In this document: in pieces, positions 21,646 to 32,491 of the stretch
How the letters are laid out: every line of letters begins with the position of its first letter
Numbering within the stretch: position 1 is the first letter of the stretch
Assembly: GCA_963717935.1 (NCBI GenBank)
Contig: CAVQXP010000004.1
Span: 1,856,001 to 1,920,000 of the forward strand
Length of the DNA: 64,000 nt
Reading direction: 5' to 3'
Source of the DNA: Candidatus Eiseniibacteriota bacterium
Lineage (GTDB): Bacteria; Eisenbacteria; RBG-16-71-46
Notes under the pieces: model-generated
Databases searched by the model: none
What the model was told of the DNA's origin: nothing
Seen by the model: the letters and a program-made list of their open reading frames with translations, nothing else
Translations under genes and position numbers: made by a program

Positions 21646-22749
21646 GTGGTGACCCTTCGCCAGTTGCTCGAGGACATGGTGTCACGGCGGGCTTCGGACC
21701 TGCACATCACGGCCGGATTGCCGCCGGAATTCCGCGTGGACGGTGCCATCGCGCCGAGCGAGTACGACGTGCTCGGCCCGGAGCACACCGTGCAGCTCGC
21801 CTACAGCGTGATGTCGGACGAGCAGCGCAAGCGCTTCGAGACCACCAAGGAACTGGATTTCTCGTTCGGCATCAAGGGACTTGCGCGCTACCGCGCCAAC
21901 GTCTTCCTGCAGCGCGGGACGGTCTGCATGGTGATCCGGCAGATCCCGTTCGAGATCCTGGCGATGGACAAGCTGGGGCTGCCGAACGTGGCGCGCGAGT
22001 TCACCAGCCGCATGAAGGGGATGATCCTGGTGACCGGGCCGACCGGGAGCGGCAAGTCCACGACGCTGGCCGCGATGCTGGACAAGATCAACCAGACGCG
22101 TCAGTGCCACATCATCACCATCGAGGATCCGGTCGAGTACATCCACCACCACAAGAAGTGCATCGTGAACCAGCGCGAGGTCGGCTCGGACACGGCATCG
22201 TTCCCGACCGCGCTCAAGTACGTCCTGCGGCAGGATCCGGACATCATCCTGATCGGCGAGATGCGCGACCTCGAGACCATCGAGGCGGCGCTCACCATCG
22301 CCGAGACCGGGCACCTGGTGTTCGCCACCCTGCACACGAACTCGACCTACGAGGCGGTCAACCGCATCGTGGACGTGTTCCCCGCGGACCAGCAGAAGCA
22401 GATCCTCACCCAGCTCGCCTTCACGCTCGAGGGGGTGATCACCCAGCAGCTCATCCCGCGCAGTCACGGCACGGGGCGCGTCCTGTGCGCCGAGGTGCTG
22501 GTGTGCACGCCGGCCATCAAGGCCGTGATCCGCGAGGGCAAGAGCCATCAGATCTACAGCCTCATGCAGGTCGGTCAGAAGTTCGGCATGCAGACCATGA
22601 ACCAGGCGCTCCTGCAGGCGGTGCTCGACAAGCACCTGACGCCCGAGGACGCGCTCGACCACTGCAGCGACCGGACCGAGCTCGAAGGGATGCTCGGGAA
22701 GGTCTGGGCCGGGTCGGCCGGTGGCACGGCCCACCGGAAAGTCGCGTAG
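21646..22749 (+). CDS. pilT: Type IV pilus retraction ATPase
   Basis: ASDLHI, GPTGSGKSTT, IVNQREVG, LRQDPD, AETGHLVFATLHT, AIKAVIRE, GMQTM. Confidence 0.95.
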   Translation: MVTLRQLLEDMVSRRASDLHITAGLPPEFRVDGAIAPSEYDVLGPEHTVQLAYSVMSDEQRKRFETTKELDFSFGIKGLARYRANVFLQRGTVCMVIRQIPFEILAMDKLGLPNVAREFTSRMKGMILVTGPTGSGKSTTLAAMLDKINQTRQCHIITIEDPVEYIHHHKKCIVNQREVGSDTASFPTALKYVLRQDPDIILIGEMRDLETIEAALTIAETGHLVFATLHTNSTYEAVNRIVDVFPADQQKQILTQLAFTLEGVITQQLIPRSHGTGRVLCAEVLVCTPAIKAVIREGKSHQIYSLMQVGQKFGMQTMNQALLQAVLDKHLTPEDALDHCSDRTELEGMLGKVWAGSAGGTAHRKVA

Positions 22750-22758
22750 GAGGATCCC

Positions 22759-23982
22759 ATGCCTGTCTTCGTGTGGAAGGGACGTACGCTCGCGGGTGAG
22801 GCGCAGAGCGGAGAGATCGAGGTCGGGCGCCAGGACGAGGCCGTCGATCTGCTGCGCAAGAAGAAGATCCTGGTCACCTCGATGCGGCCCAAGAGCGGCG
22901 GCTTCAAGCTGCCGAAGTTCGGCGGCTCCGGCGTGACGACCAAGGACCTCGCCATCTTCACGCGCCAGTTCGCCACCATGATCTCGGCCGGTCTGCCGCT
23001 GGTCCAGTGCCTCGACATCCTGGCCAAGCAGGCCAGCAAGCCCTCGTTCGGCCGGGTGATCGGGGAGGTCACGCGCGAGGTCGAGGCCGGCGCGACGCTG
23101 GCGGATGCGCTGGGCAAGCACAAGACTCGTCTTCGACGACCTGTTCCGCAACATGGTGGCCGCGGGCGAGGCCGGCGGCGTGCTGGACGAGATCCTCATG
23201 CGCCTCGCCACGTACATCGAGAAGGCGGACGCCCTGAAGCGCAAGATCCAGGGCGCGATGGTCTACCCGGCGGTGGTGCTCTCGGTGTGCGTCGGGGCCG
23301 CGGCCTTCATGCTGATCTTCATCATCCCGACCTTCGCCAAGATGTTCACCGATTTCGGCGGTGAGCTGCCGCTGCCCACCAAGGTCGTGCTGATGCTGTC
23401 CGAGCGGCCTGCAGAGCTTCTGGTGGGTGATCGTGCTGGCCGTGGTCGGCTCGGTGATCGCGCTATCAAGCGCTACTACGCCACCGAGGCAGGCCACCGG
23501 AACATCGACGCGACGATGCTGCGCGTGCCGGTGCTGGGCGACGTCCTGCTGAAGGGCGCCGTGGCGCGCTTCACGCGCACGCTCGGCACCCTCATCGCCT
23601 CGGGCGTGCCGATCCTGGCGGGCCTGGAGATCACGGCGCGCACGGCGGGCAACCGGATCATCTCCGAGGCCATCATGACGGCGCGGGCGTCGATCCGCGA
23701 GGGCGAGACGGTGTCGGCGCCGCTGAAGACATCGGGAGTGTTCCCGCCGATGGTGGTGCAGATGATCTCGGTGGGCGAGCAGACCGGCGCGCTCGACGAG
23801 ATGCTCACGAAGATCGCCGTCTTCTACGAGGCCGAGGTGGACACGGCGGTGGACGACCCTGACCTCCGATCATCGAGCCGGTCATGATCGTGATGATGGG
23901 CGGCATGGTGGGCGGCATGGTCGTCGCCATGTACCTGCCCATGTTCAAGCTCATCAGCGTGGTCGCGGGCGGCGCCAACTGA
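22759..23982 (+). CDS. pilC: Type IV pilus inner-membrane platform protein; frameshifted
   Basis: FTRQFATMISAGLPL, AGEAGG, YPAVV, RFTRTL, VGEQTG, AMYLPMF. Confidence 0.93.
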
Positions 23983-25691
23983 TGAGGAACCCGTTCCCGC
24001 ACGAGACGGCTGACCCGGGCGCCACGCGCGCCGCGCGGCAGCCCGTGTCCGGCCCTGCGGGCCGGGCGCAGGCGCGCGCGCGTGGGCTCATGACCCTGGT
24101 CTGGGGCCGGCTCGTGGTGGCGGCGCTCGCGCTGCCGCTGGGCCTGCTGCTGCGCCCGGACGCCACCGGAGGCGATGCGCATCGCGGTCACCGGGTCGGC
24201 GGCGGCGATCGTGGTGATCTCGGTGCTCTTCGGGCTCGCGGCGCGCACGCGACGGGCGCTTGCGCTGCAGGCCTTCGCGCAACTGGCCGCGGACCTCGCG
24301 TTGGTGACGGCGCTGGCGGCCTACACCGGTGGAAGAGGGAGCCAGTTCGTACTCTTCTATGTGCTGGTGGTGATCACGGGCGGTCTGCTGGCCCGGCTCC
24401 CGGGCGGGCTGTTCGCCGCCGCGGGTGCCGGTGGCGCGTACGTGCTCCTGCCGACGCTCGTCGCGCGGGTGGACTCGTCCTGGGCGACCGCCGTCGAGCC
24501 GGTGCTCCCGACCGGCATGCTGCTCGCCTTCGTCGCCATCGTGGGTGTGCTGGCCGGCGTGCTGGGGCGGCGTGTGCGCGCGGCGCACGATGACCTGGAG
24601 CGCACCACGCGCGAGCTGGACCGCGTGCGCGTGGACAACGACGTCATCCTGCGGCACCTCGCGACCGGCGTGCTCACGGTGGATGCCTGGGGCATGGTCG
24701 CGTACCTGAACCCGGCCGCCGAGCAGGTGCTGGGACTGCGCACCGCGGAGCTGCGCGGCCGGACGCTGCAGGAGGCGCTGCCGGAGCGGCTCGGTCTGCT
24801 GCGCGACCTCGTGCAGGAGACGCTGGCCCGCGGCGAACCGCGGCTGCGCGCCGAATTGACCGCGCACTCGGCCGCGAACCACGAGCTGGTGCTGGGTGTG
24901 ACGACCAACCTGCTGCGCCACGAGGGCGTGGTGACGGGCGTGGTCGCGGTCTTCCAGGACCTGACCGAGGTGCGCGCCATGGAGCGGCGCGCGCGCCGCA
25001 ACGAGACCCTGGCCGAGGTGGGCGCGCTGGCGGCCGGGATCGCGCACGAGCTGCGCAACGGGCTCAAGCCGATCAGCGGCTCGGTGGAGTTCCTGCAGCG
25101 CGAACTCAAGCCCGAGGGCGAGAGCGCCGTGCTCATGAGCCTCATCACGCGGGAGTGCGGGCGGCTGAACCGGTTCGTGAGCGACCTGCTGAGCTACGCC
25201 CGCGAGCGCGACCTGGTGCCTGGAGCCGCTCGACCTCGACGAGCACATGGGCGAGTTGCGGGACGGACTGCGGCGCGACCCGCGCTGCAGCGCCGGACGT
25301 CCGGATCGACTTCGAGCCGCCCGGCGTGAGCGTACGCCTGCGGGGCGACCGCGAGCAGCTCCGGCAGGTCTGGCTGAACCTGGTCAACAACGCGCTGGAC
25401 GCGATGACCGGCAGCGGCGCCCTGACGGTGCGCTGGCGGCCGGCGGGCGACGGGCGGGCGGTCGTGGAATTCGAGGACCAGGGAGTCGGCATCGCTCCCG
25501 AAGTCCTGCCGCGCGTCGGCGAGCCGTTCTTCACCACCAAGCAGGAAGGCACCGGGCTGGGTGTGGCGATGGCCCAGCGCATCGTGGAGCGGCACGGCGG
25601 CACGCTTGCGTTCGAGAGCGCGCCGGGCCGTGGCACGATCGTCCGGGTGAGCCTGCCTGTGGAAGTCAAAATCCTAGCGGAAGCCGCTTGA
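23982..25691 (+). CDS. pilS: Membrane sensor histidine kinase PilS; frameshifted
   Basis: Multiple TM segments (YTGGRGSQF), PAS, AHELRN, QVWLNLVNNA, DQGVG, FFTTK, GTGLG. Confidence 0.88.
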
Positions 25692-25726
25692 GAGACCGTG
25701 AACACCCCCCTGGAGAGGTGAACGAC

Positions 25727-27136
25727 ATGCCCACGGAGAAGATCCTGGTCGTAGACGACGAGCAGAGCATGACCCAGTTCCTGGGCATCGTGCTGCGCAA
25801 GGAAGGCTACCAGGTGACGTCCACCAATAGTGGCAAGGACGCGCTGGAGAAGGTCCGTGGCGAGAGCTTCGACGCCGTCATCACCGACATCCGCATGCCC
25901 GGGATGGACGGTATCCAGCTCCTGGAGGGGATCAAGAAGATCGACCCCACGCTGCCGGTCGTGATCATGACCGCATACGCGTCCCAGCAGTCGGCCATCG
26001 ACGCCGTGAACCTGGGCGCCTTCCAGTACCTCATCAAGAACGCGAAGAACGACGAGATCAAGCTGGTGGTGCGCAACGCCATCGAGATGCGGCGGGTGCG
26101 CAGCGAGAACCAGTATCTCAAGCGGGAGCTCAAGAAGGGACACGAGGAGAAGGTCATCATCGGCACCTCCGACGAGATGGTGCGCGTCTTCAAGATGGTG
26201 GAGAAGGTGGCCGACAGCGAGGCCACCATCATGATCCAGGGCGAGAGCGGCACCGGCAAGGAGCTCATCGCGCGCGAGATCCACTACAGCAGCCGGCGCG
26301 CCGGCGGCCCGTTCGTGAGCATCAACTGCGGCGCCATCCCGCGCGACCTGCTCGAGAGCAACCTGTTCGGGCACGTCAAGGGCTCCTTCACCGGCGCGGT
26401 GCGTGATTCCGCCGGCCTCTTCCAGGTCGCCGAGGGCGGCACGTTCTTCCTCGACGAGGTGGGGGAGATGCCGTCGGCCACGCAGGTCAAGCTGCTGCGG
26501 GCGCTCCAGGAGCGGGAGATCATCCCGGTCGGCGGCACCCAGCCGATCAAGATCGACTGCCGGCTCGTGGCCGCGACCAACGCCGACCTCGAGAAGGAGG
26601 TCGCCGAGGGGCGCTTCCGCGCCGACCTCTTCTACCGGCTCAACGTGATCCCCATCAAGCTGCCGCACCTGCGACAGCGCCGCGACGACATCCCGCTGCT
26701 GGTGGACCACTTCCTCAAGCGCTACGCGCTGAACAACCCGGCCAAGACCGTGAACCCGGAGGCCATGGAGCTGCTGATGAAGTACGACTGGCCCGGGAAC
26801 GTGCGCGAGCTCGAGAACGTCATGGAGCGTGCGCTCATCCTGGACGAGGGCGGGGTCATCGGGCCGGACGACCTGCCCGACAAGCTCCGCTTCGGCGCCG
26901 CCCACCGGGGCAGCCTCATCATCGACTCGCCGACGCTGACGCTCGAGGAGCTCGAGAAGGAGTACATCCTCAAGGTGCTCAGCTACACGCGCTGGCAGAA
27001 GAAGAAGGCCAGCGACCTGCTCGGGATCAATGCCTCGACGCTGTATCGCAAGCTGATCGCCTACGGGGTGGAGCGGGCGAGCGCCGAGGGGGATGACGAA
27101 GCCGAGTCGCGGGAGCCCCAGGCGCACGCCGCGTGA
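25727..27136 (+). CDS. pilR: sigma54-dependent (NtrC-family) response regulator PilR
   Basis: REC (VVDDE, TDIRMP), GESGTGKE, GSFTGA, FLDEVG, WPGNVREL, C-terminal HTH. Confidence 0.92.
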   Translation: MPTEKILVVDDEQSMTQFLGIVLRKEGYQVTSTNSGKDALEKVRGESFDAVITDIRMPGMDGIQLLEGIKKIDPTLPVVIMTAYASQQSAIDAVNLGAFQYLIKNAKNDEIKLVVRNAIEMRRVRSENQYLKRELKKGHEEKVIIGTSDEMVRVFKMVEKVADSEATIMIQGESGTGKELIAREIHYSSRRAGGPFVSINCGAIPRDLLESNLFGHVKGSFTGAVRDSAGLFQVAEGGTFFLDEVGEMPSATQVKLLRALQEREIIPVGGTQPIKIDCRLVAATNADLEKEVAEGRFRADLFYRLNVIPIKLPHLRQRRDDIPLLVDHFLKRYALNNPAKTVNPEAMELLMKYDWPGNVRELENVMERALILDEGGVIGPDDLPDKLRFGAAHRGSLIIDSPTLTLEELEKEYILKVLSYTRWQKKKASDLLGINASTLYRKLIAYGVERASAEGDDEAESREPQAHAA

Positions 27137-27311
27137 GGATTGCACCGTGCATGGACTGGCCGGTTCCGTTGCGAATCGCCACAGTCGGTGGCCGGTCCTC
27201 GTGGAGATTGCGCGGCGATCGAGGGGCCGCGGGCGGCGGATGGGCAAGGGCGATGAGCGCAAATCCCTGTACAGAGAAGCAGTAGGGACGCAGCACGGGG
27301 AGCGCGCCGCG

Positions 27312-27326
27312 TGGCACGACGGTTGC
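27312..27326 (+). promoter_or_regulatory. sigma54 -24/-12 promoter of the pilin gene
   Basis: TGGCAC-GACGG-TTGC, exact consensus spacing, between pilR and pilA. Confidence 0.88.
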
Positions 27327-27400
27327 TCGACTACCCGGTCGAGGGTCCAAGAGCCAACGCGACGGGCGACCCGAGGACTCAACCAGGAGGAGTGCCAGAC

Positions 27401-27841
27401 ATGTTCCGGTCCCAGAAAGGCTTCACCCTGATCGAGCTGATGATCGTGGTCGTCATCATCGGCATCCTTGCGGCGATCGCGATCCCGAACTTCATCGCGA
27501 TGCAGAACCGCGCCAAGGAAGGCAGCATCAAGGCCAACATGCACACCCTGCAGCTCGCCGCCGAGGACTACGGCGTCCGCAACGACGGCGTGTACTCGGC
27601 GACGATGACCGTCGGCACGGCGGCCACGGACTTCCAGCTCCCGGCGCAACTTCAAGAACCCGTTCGACGGCCTCACGACCTCGGGCCACGCGTGGGAAGA
27701 CCGGGCGGTCTTCACGGCAGCCGGCTTCGGCCGCCGTCTGGCATCACGAGCTACGGCGACTCGGCGACTGCGACCTACAACATCAAGGGCTACGGCAAGG
27801 ACGCGGCGCTCACGCTCCTGGTGCTGACCGCCGGGCAGTAG
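27401..27841 (+). CDS. pilA: Type IVa pilin (probable major pilin); internal compensating frameshifts
   Basis: RBS AGGAGG; MFRSQKG|FTLIELMIVVVIIGILAAIAIPNF. An alternative frame at ~27648-27725 reads NFKNPFDGLTTSGHAWEDR, matching the paralogue. Confidence 0.92.
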   Translation: MFRSQKGFTLIELMIVVVIIGILAAIAIPNFIAMQNRAKEGSIKANMHTLQLAAEDYGVRNDGVYSATMTVGTAATDFQLPAQLQEPVRRPHDLGPRVGRPGGLHGSRLRPPSGITSYGDSATATYNIKGYGKDAALTLLVLTAGQ

Positions 27842-27861
27842 TCGGTCCAGATCCAGCGAAA

Positions 27862-27891
27862 CGCGGGGGTGGGAGATGTCCCGCCCCCGCG
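27862..27891 (+). terminator. Hairpin between the two pilin genes
   Basis: CGCGGGGGTGGGA-gatg-TCCCGCCCCCGCG followed by CCTTC. Confidence 0.65.
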
Positions 27892-27961
27892 CCTTCGCGG
27901 CAGGGACGGCGCGAAGGGAGTTGCGCGGCCCCGTTGCCCGCGGAGACCTCGAGAGGATCCC

Positions 27962-28391
27962 ATGAGGCGTGACGGCGGCTTCACCCTCGATCGAGCTGAT
28001 GATCGTGGTCGTCGTGATCGGCATCCTGGCTGCGGTCGCGATCCCGAACTTCATCACGATGCAGGCGCGCTCCAGGGAGGCGGGCGTGAAGGCCAACATG
28101 CACACCTTCCAGCTCTCCGCCGAGGACTACGGCGTGCTGAACAACGGGTACTACCCGTCGAACGCGTCGGTGGTCGTGCCCCTCATGCCCGGGGGCGACG
28201 CCAACTTCAAGAACAGCTTCACCGGCTTGACGGGCAGCGGCGTCGCCTGGGAGGACCGGGGCACGTACGATGCGCCGGCGAGCACCATCCCGGGGATCAC
28301 GAGCTACTCGGACTCGAACAACTTCACCTACAACGTGAAGGGCCACGGGAAGACCAGCCCGATCTCGATCATCCTCACCTCCGGATACTGA
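27962..28391 (+). CDS. Second type IVa pilin, paralogue of pilA; frameshift ~27989
   Basis: MRRDGG|FTL/IELMIVVVVIGILAAVAIPNF...KANMHTFQLSAEDYG...NFKNSF...AWEDR...GITSY. Confidence 0.88.
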
Positions 28392-28544
28392 GCGCGCTGC
28401 GGCCGCGGACGTCCCGCTCCCGCGGGGCGCGCCGGCCCATCTCCGGCGAGCCCCCCTCGTACGGTCTGACTCCGGCCCGCCCCCCCTCCCGAAGCGCCGC
28501 CACCATCCCCGCGCAAGGCATGTCGCACGGTCTGCCCGTTTGCG

Positions 28545-28560
28545 CGGCACGCGCGTTGCA
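28545..28560 (+). promoter_or_regulatory. sigma54 promoter upstream of the pilin-associated ABC system
   Basis: CGGCAC-GCGCG-TTGCA. Confidence 0.7.
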
Positions 28561-28650
28561 ACCGGGGACGCCCCGGAGGATCGGCCGCGAGGCGCGATCG
28601 GCCGGATCCTGATGGCGCAAGGGGTTGGCCCCGGTGGAGGGAATCGGGAC

Positions 28651-29685
28651 GTGAGCGGAAACAGGCAGACTTCGGCCGCCTCGATCGCAGACCGGCAAGC
28701 GACTGGCCGGTCGACCGAGGTGCAGGCTGGAAGGGACCCCGGCCTGGCCGTCTGCGCCCGTGGTCTTGCGAAGCACTACGTGCACCCGTGGACACTCCGG
28801 GTGACGCGCGGGCTCGACGCGCTGGACCTCGACGTGCGCCGCGGCGAGGTGATGGGCCTGCTCGGTCCCAACGGTGCCGGGCAAGACCACCACGCTCAAG
28901 CTCCTCACGGGCCTGCTGAAGCCCACGCGCGGGCAGGCCTGGCTGATGGGCGAGCCGGTCGAGAGCACGGCTTCGCGCCGCGAGCCTCGGCTTCCTGCCC
29001 GAGCAGCCCTACTTCTACGACTACCTGAACGGCCTCGAGTATCTCGAACTGGCCGCGCGGCTCTCGGGCCTGGCGGCTGCGGTCGCCGCGCGAGCGGGCG
29101 CGCCACTGGCTCGGCCGGGTCGGGCTGGACGAGCGTCCGCGCCTGGGGCTGCGCAAGTACTCGAAGGGCATGCTGCAGCGCCTGGGGCTGGCGGCAGCGC
29201 TGGTGCACGACCCCGAGCTGCTCATCCTGGACGAGCCCATGAGCGGGCTCGACCCGTTCGGCCGTCGCGACGTGCGCGACCTCATCACCGAGCAGCGCGA
29301 GCGCGGCGTGACCGTGCTGTTCTCGTCGCACATCCTGCCGGACGTCGAGATGCTGTGCGACCGGGTGGCCATCATGATCGGTGGCCGCCTGACGCGAGTG
29401 GCCACGGTAGGCGAGCTGGTGGAGGACGGGACGCAGGCCGTCGAGATCCGCTGTGCGCCGGGCGCGTTGCTCGAGATCCCGCGGCACTGGTCGGGCCTGG
29501 TCTCGCGCACCCAGCGCGCCGACGAGTCGGTCTTCCGGTTCGAGGATGAGGCGCGACTGGCCGACGTGCTGGACTGGCTGCTCCGGGCGGGCGTGCAGGT
29601 GCGTGCCGTGACGCCGCAGCGGCCGACGCTCGAGTCGCTCTTCATGGCCGCCGCCGAGGCCGAGCGCGTGCGGAGGAGCGCATGA
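28651..29685 (+). CDS. ABC transporter ATP-binding protein (Myxococcus PilH-like); frameshifted
   Basis: [33 protein letters not shown]. Confidence 0.88.
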
Positions 29686-30447
29686 TCCCGCTGCTGATCG
29701 CGCACAACACGTTCCGCGAGGCCACGCGGGACCGCGTGGTGGCCGGGGTCGTCGTGGCCGGACTGGCGCTGCTCGCGCTGACGCAGGTGGCGAGTCCGCT
29801 CGCGCTGGGCGAGGGCGGACGGCTCACGGTGGACCTCGGGCTGCTCGGGCATCTCGATCCTCGGCCTGCTCGTCATCCTGCTCACCGGGACGAGTCTGGT
29901 CGCGAAGGAGGTCGAGCGGCGCACCATCTACAACCTGCTCTCGCGCCCGATCACGCGACCCGCCTACCTGGTGGGCAAGTGGGCGGGGCTCTCGGCGGCG
30001 CTGTGGACCGTGGCGCTGCTGCTCGGGCTGGCGCTGTGGGGCGTGCTGGGGACGCGCGGCCTGGCCGGGCACGGCGCGGCGGTGCTGCAGGGGGTCTACC
30101 TGGCCGGGCTCGAGCTCAGCGTGATCACGGCGCTGGCCGTGATGTTCTCGGCGCTCTCGACTCCGGTGCTCTCGGCGCTCTACACGCTGGGCTTCTACGT
30201 GGTGGGGCAGTGGAGCTACGACCTCCGCCTGCTGGCCGAGAAGCTCCCGAAGGATCTCGGATGGCTGCTGGCGGCGACTGCGAACCTGGTCCCGAATCTG
30301 CCGCTGTTCAACATGCGTACGCTCGCCGCGGAGGGACATCCCACGACCTGGCTGCACCTCGCGCTGGCCTCCGGCTACGCCGTGGTCTACGTGGCCTGCG
30401 CGCTGTGCCTGGCCACGGCCGCCTTCGAGTCGAAGGACTTCAAGTGA
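29682..30447 (+). CDS. ABC-2 type permease (Myxococcus PilI-like); frameshift ~29845
   Basis: [39 protein letters not shown]. Confidence 0.85.
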
Positions 30448-31207
30448 GTCCGCTGGCTGCGCTGGACTCGCGCCGGCGCCGCTTCCTCACGGCCTGGGCG
30501 GCTGCCCTCGTGCTCGGAACGGGGGTGTTCACGCTGGCGTCCGCCGCATGGCGGACCGTGCCGCATCCGCAGCCGCTCGAGGAATTGTCGTACTACCCGT
30601 CCGGGCGGTTCCTCGAGCCGGCGACGCTCGGGCATGCCGCGACCGCGGCCGACCTGGCGTGGCTGCGTGCGGTGCAGTACTACGGGCAGCACCGCATCAC
30701 GGACAACCAGTTCGTGCGGATGGGGCACGTGTTCGACATCCTCACCGCGCTCGATCCCGGGTTCGTGCCGGCGTACGTCTTCGGTGCCTTCGCCCTGGCC
30801 CAGGAGGGCCGGGACTTCCCTGCGGCCGAACGGCTCATGCGGAAGGGACTCGCGGCCAATCCGACGAGTGGCGAGCTGGCGTTCCAGCTTGGCTTCCTCT
30901 ACTACGTGCGCCCGGGCGGGCGGGACCTGCGTGCGCGCAGCCGAGTGCTTCGAACAGGCCGCGCGGCAGCCGGACGGGCCGCCCGCAGTCGGCCCGGTTC
31001 GCGGCCTTCGCCCGGCAGAACGCGGGGGATCTGGCGGTGGCCTACGAGCTGTGGTCCCAGGTCGAGCGCAACTCGCCCAACCTCTACCTGCGCGAGATCG
31101 CCCAGCGGGAGCGGGCCCGGATCCGCGAGGCGCTGGAACGCGGCCGCCGCGAGCAGGCCATGCGGCGCCTGACTACGCCGGCCGTGCTGTTCAAGAGGCG
31201 GCCGTGA
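30444..31207 (+). CDS. Membrane-anchored TPR-like accessory protein (Myxococcus PilG-like); frameshifted
   Basis: N-terminal TM, ADLAWLRAVQYYG, ALDPGF, GLAANP, LGFLYY. Confidence 0.7.
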
Positions 31208-31255
31208 GGCCCCCCCTGCGTCCCGGGGGGCCCGGAACGGGGCCCGAAAGGCGGC

Positions 31256-31284
31256 TCAAGGGACGGCCGCGGGCGACCGATAAC
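31256..31284 (+). promoter_or_regulatory. sigma28-like promoter upstream of pilM
   Basis: TCAAG(31256-60)-N15-ACCGATAAC(31276-84), just after a GC hairpin that follows the pilG-like gene. Confidence 0.65.
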
Positions 31285-31435
31285 CACAACGGCAGGTCAC
31301 CCGTCGGGGTCCAGAGGTCACGGGTAGCCTGGAGTTCGATTCGCTGTCGTTGGTTCCGCCGCGAGAGGCCCGAGAACCCCGCGGTTCAGCCCGCCGTGCC
31401 GGGTCAGGCCCGCACCGCGTCCAGGGAGTGAAGAC

Positions 31436-32491
31436 ATGCTCTTCGGCAAGAAGCAGTCCCTCGTGGGGCTGGACATCGGTAGCCACACCATCAAGGCGGT
31501 CGAGCTGGAGTCCCAGCCCAACAAGTCCTGGCGGCTCACCCGCTGGGGCATCTCGGCCCCGCTCGCCGAGGCCATCGTGGACGGCGAGATCATGGACCGC
31601 CAGTTGGTGACCGACGCCATCTCGAACCTGTTCGAGTCGCGCGGGATCAAGTCGCGCAACGTCGTCGCGGCGGTGAGCGGCCGGGCGGTGATCGTGAAGA
31701 AGATCACGATGAACCGTCTCTCCGCGGCCGACGCGCAGCAGGCCGTCTACTGGGAGGCCGAGCAGCACGTGCCGTACGACATCAACGACGTGTCGCTCGA
31801 CTTCGAGATCGTGGGCCCGGCCCCGAACGACCCCAAGCAGATGCAGGTGCTGCTGGTGGCCGCCAAGAAGGACATGGTCATGTCTTTCGGCGACCTGATC
31901 CGCGAGGCGGGGCTCACCCCGTCGGTCGTGGACGTGGACTCGTTCGCGGCGCAGAACGCGCTCGAGGCGAACTACGACTTCGCGCCCGAGGAGGTCGTCG
32001 CGATCCTGAACGTCGGCTCGGAGATGACGAACATCAACATCATCCAGGCGGGCGTGCCGTACTTCACCAAGGATCTGCAGGTGGGCGGCACGACGTTCGT
32101 CGAGGCCGCTCAGCGCAAGTTCAACCTGAGCCAGGCCGAGGCGGCCGCCGCCGTGCGCGGCGAGTCGGGCTCGAGCCTCGAGCTCGCGCCGGTGATCGAA
32201 CAGGCATGCGAGGGGCTGGCGACCGCACTCGAGCGCGCGCAGGCGTTCCTGCGCACCTCGGGCGAGGCGGGAGCCATCTCGCGCATCATGCTCTGCGGTG
32301 GAAGCGCGCTGACGCCGGGCGTGCCGGAGTTCCTGCAGCGTCGCTTCGGCGTCACGACGGAGATCGCCAACCCGCTGACCCGTGTGGCCTATGACCCCGC
32401 GCTGTTCGCCGGGCAGGACGTCATGAAGGTGGCGCCGCTTCTGACGGTCGGGATCGGACTCGCGCTGCGCCGCGTGGGAGACAAGAAATGA
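31436..32491 (+). CDS. pilM: Type IV pilus assembly protein PilM
   Basis: VGLDIGSHTIKAVEL, EAEQHVPY, VLLVAAKK, VVDVDSFA, LCGGSA, IGLALR. Confidence 0.95.
   Translation: MLFGKKQSLVGLDIGSHTIKAVELESQPNKSWRLTRWGISAPLAEAIVDGEIMDRQLVTDAISNLFESRGIKSRNVVAAVSGRAVIVKKITMNRLSAADAQQAVYWEAEQHVPYDINDVSLDFEIVGPAPNDPKQMQVLLVAAKKDMVMSFGDLIREAGLTPSVVDVDSFAAQNALEANYDFAPEEVVAILNVGSEMTNINIIQAGVPYFTKDLQVGGTTFVEAAQRKFNLSQAEAAAAVRGESGSSLELAPVIEQACEGLATALERAQAFLRTSGEAGAISRIMLCGGSALTPGVPEFLQRRFGVTTEIANPLTRVAYDPALFAGQDVMKVAPLLTVGIGLALRRVGDKK

Noticed and set aside
27401..28391. Conductive (Geobacter-type) e-pilin
   Set aside because: Both pilins are full length (~140 aa) and lack the aromatic residues at mature positions 27 and 32 of the Geobacter pattern.
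31285..31435. c-di-GMP riboswitch in the pilM leader (also checked the pilB leader)
   Set aside because: I could not find the GEMM hallmarks (GGCAAA...GAAA...GACGCAAA). An Infernal/Rfam search would be decisive.
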